From positions 287,559 to 351,558 of the forward strand of contig CP129475.1 in NCBI GenBank assembly GCA_030583785.1: DNA of 64,000 nucleotides, in the 5' to 3' direction. The stretch comes from Candidatus Dojkabacteria bacterium. Lineage in GTDB: Bacteria > Patescibacteriota > Dojkabacteria > B142 > OLB20. Under the pieces are notes generated by a model that worked only from the letters and a program-made list of their open reading frames with translations, was not told where the DNA came from and did not search any database. Below, piece by piece: positions 28,135-37,160 of this stretch. The position numbers were made by a program, and so were the translations under genes. The first letter of the stretch is position 1. Each line of letters opens with the position of its first letter.

Positions 28135-31100
28135 ATGACTGCACCAAAAAATCCGGAAACACCAAAGCCAGAAAGCATAGTGATCGCTCCTGACTTTGCA
28201 AAGCCAGAAGAAAAAAGAGATGAACCTCTTCCGGCAAGTGTTGCAGCAGACGACGAACAAACAAATCGAGAGAGAGCTTTAGCTGAAGCACAAAAGAAGA
28301 AGCTCGAACAACTTATTGCCGAAACAAGAAAGCCTAAACCAAATCTCAAACCTACCAAAGACACATCTGCAACTACTCAAGAATTACAAAGATATGCCGA
28401 CAGCGAAATACAAAAAGCTAAGTTAGAGAGTGATGCCGTTTTGAAGGCTATACAGGCAGAAGAAGAAATTGTAGCCAACGCACTAGAAAACATTATTGAC
28501 TTCCCTGGTTCAGGAACTGAAGTCGATCCAGCTGATTATCAAAGGCAAATTGATGAGCTTGGTTTTCAAGAAGCCGAACTTACAAAAAATCAAAAAATAA
28601 AAGTTAATGGGGCCCTTGCTAAAGCATCTGGTATAGAAGCTGAACTTATAAAGGCACATGGCAAAAGCACTGACCCAGGACTTATTGCAATCTTACTACA
28701 CCCAATCAAGAAAAGACTTGTAGCCCTAGCCATCTTTTTTGCAGGCAAAAATCTTAGTCGCGAAAGAAAGATAAGATTATTAAAAAGTGCGGGCTTTTCT
28801 AAAGAAGAGATAATCGCAAAGGTTGGCGACTTTGCAGAAGCGGATACAGAAGAACAGATAGATCAACCAGATTCTGAATTAGTTGAGCAAATTGAAGACA
28901 ATGGTCAAACTCCAGAAGATACTCCTAATACTCAGTCTCCAAGCGAGATTGTATCTTCTCTAAAAAAAAGACGAGAGCAGATACGAGAACAAGTCAGAAG
29001 TAGAAAACCCGAGCCGTTTAGTCCCCAAGAAGGTAATATTACAAAACAAGCAATTAGTTCTGCAGAAGCATATCTAGGTGAATACCCTGAACTGCACGAA
29101 GGATTTAAGTCATGGAAAGCAAAAATCGAAGAAGCAAACGAACAAATATTTGATCACCTTGCCCTAGCAGGGTCTTATGACCCAGCAAGTTTTGTTGAGA
29201 TCGGTGGAGGCTTCATTCCCGGACAGGATCCGGAGCAGACCGAACAAATGTCAAGCGAACAGGCAATTAAAACAAAAATTGCAGAAACATATAAACAATT
29301 CTTTCCAAACGACGAAATCGACACAATTGTTGATACCTATTTAAATGAAGTATCCAGTGCAGAAGACACAGCTAATGAGAGTCCTGTTTACAGACGCATC
29401 GGCTTTGAAATGAGAGCCATGGCCGAACTGCTTATTGCCAAAGATCGAAAGAACAAAGAATACGCAAGAATCTACTATGCTGCCGCTATGCAGGCTATGA
29501 ATTCAGAAGATACTGCAACCAGACTCTTACAAAAAAACGACGAAGGAATTTACGAAAACGATCTATTTGCAGTGCTCGGGCAAGAACCAGTCCTTTCTGA
29601 TGAAGCACAAGAATTTGCAGATCAAAGACTCAAAGATTTTATTCTTGCTGATCTAATTACAGATAATCAGGCTTTGGCAGAAGCAAGTAGACTCTTCGGT
29701 GCCAACTTTGAGCTTCATATAGGCGGAAGCGGTCCAATTATTATCACCGACCAAGAGACAATCCAACGGCTGGCTTCTCTTACTTCTTCGGGACAAATAG
29801 ATGAAGCTAGAGCAGCAGAGCTTGGAATTGACGGATTGACAATTAAAGGAACGGTGATTGCTACCAGAGACACATTGCCTCACGAAATGCTGCATCTCGA
29901 AAATGCCGCAATCAGATACCAAGAGAAACAGGCAAAACAGCTTCGAATACAAACGATCATCTCAAAAGAATTAGACAAGTTAGATGTTTCAATCAACAAC
30001 AGATCGCAAGCGATACAATTAATCACAGAATCGTATTTTGAATCTGGACTGGATGCCGAATCAATAAACGCCAAACTTAGCGAAGAGGGATTTCAAGACG
30101 AGCAGCTTGCAAATTATGTTAAATCACTTGTAGCTAAAGAAACCAGGGCAGGAAAGCTACTGAATTACTATAAAGAAATATCTAGGCCGCCTTTGTCCGA
30201 AGAGCTTGCAGCAACGATGCTATCTTCTGCATCAGGAGTTGAAATAAAACCGATCAATGCTGCCCAAATTGGAATTAATCCAGAAAAGATAGGTCAAGAG
30301 GGGATTAGTGAACAAGAGATGGTTATTATTACACTTATTAATGCTTACAACGAAGCTGCCGCAAAAGCACTAAATGACGACAAATTCAGAACTGAAGTAT
30401 TTAAGCCGAACCTTGAGATCTTTACATATCTGCTTTCACGAAAAAAAGATATGACTTTTGTGCAGTTGCGAAGATTCTTAGGTGAAGGTCCTTTAGCATC
30501 ACTTACTGCAGAATTATTTCCTAATCTATTCGCACAAGAACAAACCAAACAAGAAAATGGCAAATACTCTACAGCTAACATTCAGGCAATTATTCTTAAC
30601 AGGCTAACAAGTATTCCCAACTTTGCATCACTTACAGAAGAACAAAAACAAGAGTTGATTGCTATTGAAACAGAGCTTCTAATTGGCGATCAGTCTAATT
30701 ATCTTGATATCAATGGCATATCCTTCAATAAAGGTAGTATGTACTCTGGACTTCAGAAGAAGTTTATGACTAATCGAAAATATAACCCGGCCGCGGTGAA
30801 AGGGAGCAGAGGTGAGGTTGGTTTATGGTACTCGTTTTTTGGCAACCGAGCAACAATAGCAGAAGACACCAGACCTTTTGGATACTTCACTCCATTTGCC
30901 AGTTCTATGAAAATGAATGAAGCCTTTGGGGCATATGTTGTGCGAGGATTTCAAAAGGTAGCTGGCAAAAAATGGGGATCAAGAATTGCAGGAACCTTCG
31001 GTTTCCACGACGCCTTCGGGGCCGATCCAATAGGCAAAGGACTAGGTGGGCAGCTGTCTACGCTATGGCCATTTAGTGTAATCAGAGAGAAATATATTAA

Positions 31101-32991
31101 AAAAATCGACGCAGTCGATAAAACTTACATGGAAAGACTTACCTCTGCCAGAATAGCTGATACAGTTGCACAACATTCGGCATCAATTATTGGAGAACTA
31201 GGAAAAGAATCAAGTCAGGTAGTATTAATACTCGAATCAATAGGAGGTTTTAAGCAAGAAGCTCAAGGCTACGAGAATTCATTACGAGACTTCAGAGAAC
31301 CAGATGAACATAGATTTAATCGGGTCTTTTCAAAGTCCATGAATCTCCCGCCAAGTGATTTAAGAGAAAATTGGCTTGCTAATGACTCCATAATGGGCAG
31401 AGATATGGACGACCTTATTACTGAAGGTCACGAACTTTTTCTGCGCAAGGGGCAAATGTCAGATAACCTTAAAGAACTTATCGTTGCTCTTGTTCCAAAG
31501 GTAGAGAAGGATAACCCGAAAAGAAATGAGCGAATGAAGAAAAAAATTTATGGAATAGAATATGACTTAAAAGAACAATTTGAAAAGATTGCTAATGCAA
31601 TGATGACGGCCGATTTAGCTGAATTCAACAAAGCAAAAGTTGGAACAGCAGTTCCACTAGGCACAGTAATAAGGCATTACACGATCGAGGATCTAATCAA
31701 CGCTGTAGATCAAGCCGAAGCCGATCTTGATGATCCAGACAAATTAACAGACTGGCCACATGTGCGTGTGAAGATAGGAGAATCTACCGAATTATACGAA
31801 ATCGACCTTATAAAAGAATTCGTCAAGTACTTTTACAGTGCCAAGGCAGCAAAAGTAATCGAATTTGGCGTATACGGACAAAAAGCAGTAAAAGCAGAGA
31901 AGGCTCTAGCTACGAGTGTATTTACTGTTCCACTTGGCTTTAAAGACAACTCGTCGACAAACAACCAAGAAACAAAATCAATAGCCGGAATGTATCCAGA
32001 ATCATTCAGTCTGATGGAGACGCAAGAATATGACTATAGCAAAACACCTCCGACAACAATAGGGACTCCTATTGACAACAAGGCCGCACTAAAAATGACA
32101 GACCAAGATATCGAAAGTCTTCAGGCAAGAGGATATGTACTAATTAAACATCCTGATGACCCTACTAGAATCCTTCGCATTGAATTTTCTGATAAACAGA
32201 GAAGACACTTAAGTATGGTGAATTTTGTTGAGTATGACCAAGATGTAAAAATCATGAAGCAGACTCCTCAAGGGTTTATTACTCCACTCGCACCTGTAGA
32301 TGCTGCCACTGAAGATAGAAACAATTTTCTGTTTGGTCATATGGAATATGATACCGCTACTGGCAAACCATTAACTACATTTACCACCGAAAGAACAGAG
32401 AAATTAGTCGGGAAAGTCCCGATTGCAATAAGGGACGATATAGATAATAAAAATAGAGGATTAGGAATTTATTTCGAATATCTTCAAAAGCTGATGCAGA
32501 CAACAGAACTTGCAGAAGTCACTAGAAAGAGGGCGAAATTCTGGGCATTTATTACAAAAGTAAACAAGGTTATACGCTGGGGTGTTTATAGCGGTGTTGC
32601 TTTAGGACTAACAGTTTATCCGCCTTTATTGTCACTATCTCTACTTAGTCCAAATGTGTTCATCTCTGTAGTACTTTGGGATTGGTTTATGTCAAAATAT
32701 CTTGATCGCTCCCGAGACGGTTGGAAAGGTCGAAACGGAATTGCAGAAGAAACAGCTCAAAAACTCGAAGGGATGCGTAATACTTTTGAGCAATGCAGAA
32801 ATGGTCAAACTTTACCAACTGATACTCTCAACATGTTAGCTGCTTATACAAAAAACATCGAGAAAATGTGGGAAGATGTTATGGAGAAGTTCGAAAAGCT
32901 ATACAAATATAAACCTAACATGACACAAGAAGTCAGTTCGGCCGTTTTTGATTATTCTAGAGCTTTTATGAAAATGAATACTGATATGTAA
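28135..32991 (+). CDS. Giant protein (1618 aa), hypothetical; no signal peptide, one hydrophobic segment near the C-terminus
   Basis: Uninterrupted 4.86-kb ORF with ordinary codon composition. Acidic coiled-coil-rich N-terminus. HEMLH (HExxH) at 29881-29895. Predicted TM at about 32570-32690. First gene of a translationally coupled six-gene cluster. Confidence 0.6.
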   Translation: MTAPKNPETPKPESIVIAPDFAKPEEKRDEPLPASVAADDEQTNRERALAEAQKKKLEQLIAETRKPKPNLKPTKDTSATTQELQRYADSEIQKAKLESDAVLKAIQAEEEIVANALENIIDFPGSGTEVDPADYQRQIDELGFQEAELTKNQKIKVNGALAKASGIEAELIKAHGKSTDPGLIAILLHPIKKRLVALAIFFAGKNLSRERKIRLLKSAGFSKEEIIAKVGDFAEADTEEQIDQPDSELVEQIEDNGQTPEDTPNTQSPSEIVSSLKKRREQIREQVRSRKPEPFSPQEGNITKQAISSAEAYLGEYPELHEGFKSWKAKIEEANEQIFDHLALAGSYDPASFVEIGGGFIPGQDPEQTEQMSSEQAIKTKIAETYKQFFPNDEIDTIVDTYLNEVSSAEDTANESPVYRRIGFEMRAMAELLIAKDRKNKEYARIYYAAAMQAMNSEDTATRLLQKNDEGIYENDLFAVLGQEPVLSDEAQEFADQRLKDFILADLITDNQALAEASRLFGANFELHIGGSGPIIITDQETIQRLASLTSSGQIDEARAAELGIDGLTIKGTVIATRDTLPHEMLHLENAAIRYQEKQAKQLRIQTIISKELDKLDVSINNRSQAIQLITESYFESGLDAESINAKLSEEGFQDEQLANYVKSLVAKETRAGKLLNYYKEISRPPLSEELAATMLSSASGVEIKPINAAQIGINPEKIGQEGISEQEMVIITLINAYNEAAAKALNDDKFRTEVFKPNLEIFTYLLSRKKDMTFVQLRRFLGEGPLASLTAELFPNLFAQEQTKQENGKYSTANIQAIILNRLTSIPNFASLTEEQKQELIAIETELLIGDQSNYLDINGISFNKGSMYSGLQKKFMTNRKYNPAAVKGSRGEVGLWYSFFGNRATIAEDTRPFGYFTPFASSMKMNEAFGAYVVRGFQKVAGKKWGSRIAGTFGFHDAFGADPIGKGLGGQLSTLWPFSVIREKYIKKIDAVDKTYMERLTSARIADTVAQHSASIIGELGKESSQVVLILESIGGFKQEAQGYENSLRDFREPDEHRFNRVFSKSMNLPPSDLRENWLANDSIMGRDMDDLITEGHELFLRKGQMSDNLKELIVALVPKVEKDNPKRNERMKKKIYGIEYDLKEQFEKIANAMMTADLAEFNKAKVGTAVPLGTVIRHYTIEDLINAVDQAEADLDDPDKLTDWPHVRVKIGESTELYEIDLIKEFVKYFYSAKAAKVIEFGVYGQKAVKAEKALATSVFTVPLGFKDNSSTNNQETKSIAGMYPESFSLMETQEYDYSKTPPTTIGTPIDNKAALKMTDQDIESLQARGYVLIKHPDDPTRILRIEFSDKQRRHLSMVNFVEYDQDVKIMKQTPQGFITPLAPVDAATEDRNNFLFGHMEYDTATGKPLTTFTTERTEKLVGKVPIAIRDDIDNKNRGLGIYFEYLQKLMQTTELAEVTRKRAKFWAFITKVNKVIRWGVYSGVALGLTVYPPLLSLSLLSPNVFISVVLWDWFMSKYLDRSRDGWKGRNGIAEETAQKLEGMRNTFEQCRNGQTLPTDTLNMLAAYTKNIEKMWEDVMEKFEKLYKYKPNMTQEVSSAVFDYSRAFMKMNTDM

Positions 32992-32993
32992 TT

Positions 32994-33470
32994 ATGTTAC
33001 TAATATTCGATCCTAGAATAGAAGAATTAATGATTAAACACTTGGGTTTCAACGAACTCAGGCTTGTTGATATGAAACGAACTTATCGTGAAGCCTTAGA
33101 AAAGATTCAAGTTGACGAACTTTTTCAATATATTGAAGAAAATAACCTAGAAGAAGAATCTCAATTTATTGATAGTTTGTGTGAAGATACAGATGACAGA
33201 AGCAAACAGGTAGAAAATCTTGAAAGGCTCTATACCTATATTTTCGAATGTAACATTAAGCATCCACAGTATCGTGATCGAGTAGAGCAAAAAATTAGAA
33301 AAATTAACCAAGATTTAATCGATACTCTGTTCGACAATCTGCCAGCAGAAGCTATGGCAGAGATAGCGGCTATGTTTGTTGATGACATTAACATTATGCT
33401 GACAATAAAAAAAGCTAATCCAAGTTTCGAATTACCAGACAGATTAAACCAATTCGTCGACTCCAAATAG
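32994..33470 (+). CDS. Small acidic cytoplasmic protein, hypothetical
   Basis: ATG 3 nt after the giant ORF stop. 158 aa, strongly acidic, no TM. Confidence 0.45.
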   Translation: MLLIFDPRIEELMIKHLGFNELRLVDMKRTYREALEKIQVDELFQYIEENNLEEESQFIDSLCEDTDDRSKQVENLERLYTYIFECNIKHPQYRDRVEQKIRKINQDLIDTLFDNLPAEAMAEIAAMFVDDINIMLTIKKANPSFELPDRLNQFVDSK

Positions 33471-33501
33471 TTGCCATCGCTAATTATTCTTTCTATACTG
33501 A

Positions 33502-35004
33502 TTGTATTCAGATTTTATCTGCGTGCGTATGCATAAACTTGCTCATTCATTGCTTAAACCATTAAAAGGATTCAGAAAGGTTAATCCTGCATGGTTTCTA
33601 ATCTCTCTGTTAACTGTTGTCTTTCTTTTCACTAATGCATATAGAGTCGAGGCTGCGACTGCATACGATAACTGGGCCGGAGCAACTAGCCTTAGACCAA
33701 ATGCGCTCTATGGAACATTAACTGCTCTAAAAGTTCAGATCGATTGTACAGACGCAGATGGCAACTTTATCTGTCAAAACGAAGGAGCAACAGCATCGGC
33801 AATGGGTAATGTCACCGGAATCATCGCTTCAATGTATGAAAGTAGACCTTCAAGTGCAATCATCTGGGCACAAGATCAAGTCAACATGATTGCCGGCTAT
33901 GATTCAATTCTTGTTCAAGCCCAAGATACAACCTATTCACCTGGTATTGGATTCGAACTCATGCGACCTATCCTTGGTTTCTGGACCTGGGCCAGAAATA
34001 TTGCTTATTCATTCTTCATAATAATTCTAATTATTGTTGCTTTCCTAATCCTGTTTAGACAGCAACTAGGTGGACAGACTATGGTTACAATTGCAAACTC
34101 TCTACCATCAATATTAGTTTCTTTAGCTTTAGTAACCTTTAGTTATCCACTGTCTGCAATTTTCATAGATATTATTACGGTGGGGACCAATTTTACTTTT
34201 AGTGTAATGGTAGGTGCCGAAGGTTCACCTGGTTTTGAGTATTTTGACCAAAACCAGAAAAGTGAATTACAGCCAGACGACCCCAAAACCAGTATCTGGG
34301 GTGTGTGGGAAGCGACACAATGGAATACATGCGTTGGTAGTAATGCCGACAGTTGTGGTGTTAATAGACTTATTCCAGACTTGCCAGAAACAAATATGTC
34401 ATGGATAGCTGAAAGCATTCGACTTCTCGTTCCAGCAGGTGGAGAAGGTAACCCTACAAATATTCTTGTGAGTCTTTTAATCGCAATAACAGCCCTTGGA
34501 GCAGCGTTTAAACTAATGCTTGCCCTGCTAAACAACTATATAATTCTCACCACATTTCCGATATTTTCTCCGTTTGTTTTCTTAACAGCCGCAATACCTA
34601 GTGGTGGCGGGCCAATAAGTCCTGTAATCTCAAATTATTTCAAAATGCTTCTTGCATCAGCGCTAGTTTTTATTGCCATTTATGCAATTTTGCTATTCTT
34701 AATCGTTCTATCAGTATCCTTCGACCAAGAATTTAGCGGTGCCGGAAACGCAGTCTGGCAGCCACCACTTCTTGGCTATTCTGATGCAGCGGTTGGTGGA
34801 GGATTATTCAAAACAATTACTGTATTCGGAATATTTCTGTACTTGCCTTCAATTCCAGATTTAATTAAAGATAATCTAGGTGTAGCCAAAGGTAATGTAT
34901 TCTTCGAAACTATGTTTAGAAGAACCAATGAGTCAGCAAAATTCACTGCCGGTGCTGTAACCGGACTCGGAAGAAAGCTGAATGTCTTTGGTAATCCTGG
35001 CTAA
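33502..35004 (+). CDS. Polytopic membrane protein with signal peptide, Cys-containing extracytoplasmic N-domain and 6 TMs (VirB6/TrbL-like topology)
   Basis: Signal peptide ending ...AYRVEA|ATA. About 130-aa mature N-domain with two Cys pairs. Hydrophobic helices at about aa 160-185, 200-228, 305-330, 340-360, 375-400 and 425-445. A second Cys-containing loop (WNTCVGSNADSCGV). Confidence 0.5.
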   Translation: MYSDFICVRMHKLAHSLLKPLKGFRKVNPAWFLISLLTVVFLFTNAYRVEAATAYDNWAGATSLRPNALYGTLTALKVQIDCTDADGNFICQNEGATASAMGNVTGIIASMYESRPSSAIIWAQDQVNMIAGYDSILVQAQDTTYSPGIGFELMRPILGFWTWARNIAYSFFIIILIIVAFLILFRQQLGGQTMVTIANSLPSILVSLALVTFSYPLSAIFIDIITVGTNFTFSVMVGAEGSPGFEYFDQNQKSELQPDDPKTSIWGVWEATQWNTCVGSNADSCGVNRLIPDLPETNMSWIAESIRLLVPAGGEGNPTNILVSLLIAITALGAAFKLMLALLNNYIILTTFPIFSPFVFLTAAIPSGGGPISPVISNYFKMLLASALVFIAIYAILLFLIVLSVSFDQEFSGAGNAVWQPPLLGYSDAAVGGGLFKTITVFGIFLYLPSIPDLIKDNLGVAKGNVFFETMFRRTNESAKFTAGAVTGLGRKLNVFGNPG

Positions 35005-35010
35005 TAACCA

Positions 35011-36198
35011 ATGACATCTACAATTAATAACTCAGAAGAAATACTTAAGATTAATAAATCCATTTTTGAATTGGAGAATTTTTTCGTTGCAAATCTTGGA
35101 CCGCAGATACTTGATTACATATTTCTTTTTAGTAAAGAAGAAAGTCAAACCATCAAATTTGAACAAGTAACTGAAGAAGTATCCAAGGCAATGACTAGAT
35201 TCGTTGAACTTGTTAAACAATTGATGAACCTGCTCGAAGTTGAAGATGCAACCCCAACAGATGGAGGACTTAGCGAGAAATTTATTGACAGTATGCACGA
35301 CCTCTATCTACTTCGTTTTATCGAAGCAAAGAAGCAGTATGCAGACTACCAACTGGTAAGAGTCCCTACAAATACGGAACTAAGAATTCTTGATTTAATT
35401 CCTACAAAAGATGAAGATCTCAAGATTCTTCCCACTGCCATAAATATACAGCTCCCAGATATTTTTATCGTCGATGAAATGGGCAACTTAGATGTTGCCG
35501 CATCAATCCAACTAGAGGATTCTTATCATAAAATCGCCAGCTACTTAAGTACCATTGCCGAGATACCTAACCTGAAAGAACAAATGATTCAAGACTTAGC
35601 AGATATTACAATCTTCGAAAATGCTCCCAGTCTGCTTAGAAACGAACTACTTGATATTAGTGAAATGTTACTCACTTTAACTGTTAACTACTTCGCTGCC
35701 AGGGTGTATGGATATCTTTCCAGAGGGCAGTCTGTAAAAGAGGCAAAAACAAATGTACTTGCGTATTATAAAATGAACAGTATTGGGGCAGGCTCTGAGT
35801 TCCCTGAAAGCTTAAAGGATTTAGAAGAATCGATTGACGAGATATTAGACGAAGAACTTGAATCAATCACTGCACTTTATCCCGAAACAAGAGTCGCCTT
35901 AAAAGAAGATTATAAAGAACTATTATTATTCTATATTCATGATGCACTAATCATTCCCGAGAACTTTTATAAGATTGTCTACCGAGACTTAAAGGATTAT
36001 CAGGAAAATGATGAAAAATACAACATTCTTATTGACCTTTACCTGTTGCTTGAAGAAGGGCAAATGATTCCATTGCCTTCAGAGACATATAATATTGACT
36101 TAACCCAAGAAGCAAGAACTCTAATATTCAATGCTGTAACTGGTGGCCTTGAGAACCCAAACTTTACATTAATTGACTATTTGTCAGAAGTATCTTAA
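35011..36198 (+). CDS. Acidic cytoplasmic protein, hypothetical
   Basis: 395 aa, Glu/Asp/Leu-rich, no TM. Start 7 nt after the upstream stop. Confidence 0.45.
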   Translation: MTSTINNSEEILKINKSIFELENFFVANLGPQILDYIFLFSKEESQTIKFEQVTEEVSKAMTRFVELVKQLMNLLEVEDATPTDGGLSEKFIDSMHDLYLLRFIEAKKQYADYQLVRVPTNTELRILDLIPTKDEDLKILPTAINIQLPDIFIVDEMGNLDVAASIQLEDSYHKIASYLSTIAEIPNLKEQMIQDLADITIFENAPSLLRNELLDISEMLLTLTVNYFAARVYGYLSRGQSVKEAKTNVLAYYKMNSIGAGSEFPESLKDLEESIDEILDEELESITALYPETRVALKEDYKELLLFYIHDALIIPENFYKIVYRDLKDYQENDEKYNILIDLYLLLEEGQMIPLPSETYNIDLTQEARTLIFNAVTGGLENPNFTLIDYLSEVS

Positions 36199-37160
36199 TG
36201 CAAAAGGACGAAAGATTTGGCATAGTAGCCTTAACAACAACTGAACTTTCAGATCTGATTTCGAGCTGGAAATCTGTTAAGGATAAAAAGCCTATGGCTC
36301 CGGGTGATGCAGATAAATTGGTCGAAATATTAGAAAAGATCAGTAGTGAATTCGATAGTAAAAAAATTCCAGAGAAGACTGAAGTCCCACTCGCTCTAAT
36401 GGCACAAATGATTAGCGAAGATCCTAAACTTGTTCTATCGGCAATTAATCGCATTAACAGTTACATCTATTTACCCGAATCAAATAATGCAGTTGATCTA
36501 CAGGTTATAGAAAAGATTTATGCAACCTGGCAACAAAGAAAGGCTCAATTAGAAATGAAGGGTATTCTTCGTGTAACAGGAGCCCAAGATGAAATTCAAA
36601 TCACAGAATGGGAGAACACACTAATCTCAATGATTAACAAGGGAAGACAGAATAAATCAGTCTCTGGTGGTCAGAGTTCATATATTATTCCAACAAGCAT
36701 AGAAAACAGAGCTCTGAACATCATAAACTCTGTTAACAATGTTAACCTTAACGAGATTCGCACACCTATCAACTACGCAATGCTTGGACAAATTTTCAGT
36801 CGCAGAGATGCACTAACAAGTGAACTTAGAATACAGAACGCCAGGCTTGAAAGAAATTTTAAAAAGATTCGAATGAATGTATCGATGCATAGTGATCTGA
36901 AGAATATAATCATGGGTTCATCTATTAGGATTGAACAGATTCAAGGCAAAATGGAAGAGATGAAAAAACTTGATCCACAAGCTTTTGTAAACAATCCTGC
37001 ATTCTTACAGTTAAGGCAAGAGTTGCTTGGTCTTGAAAAGGACTTGAATGAGAGCAAACAACCACAACTTGAGGCTTTAATCAAAGAAGCAGAAGATCTT
37101 GAAAAAGAGAGAAAGTTAATATCAGATAAAATAATAGAAATTCAAAAGAAACTTCGCTAA
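36198..37160 (+). CDS. Coiled-coil protein, hypothetical
   Basis: Start overlaps the upstream stop (TAATG). C-terminal half has heptad-like K/E/L-rich coiled coil. Confidence 0.45.
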   Translation: MQKDERFGIVALTTTELSDLISSWKSVKDKKPMAPGDADKLVEILEKISSEFDSKKIPEKTEVPLALMAQMISEDPKLVLSAINRINSYIYLPESNNAVDLQVIEKIYATWQQRKAQLEMKGILRVTGAQDEIQITEWENTLISMINKGRQNKSVSGGQSSYIIPTSIENRALNIINSVNNVNLNEIRTPINYAMLGQIFSRRDALTSELRIQNARLERNFKKIRMNVSMHSDLKNIIMGSSIRIEQIQGKMEEMKKLDPQAFVNNPAFLQLRQELLGLEKDLNESKQPQLEALIKEAEDLEKERKLISDKIIEIQKKLR

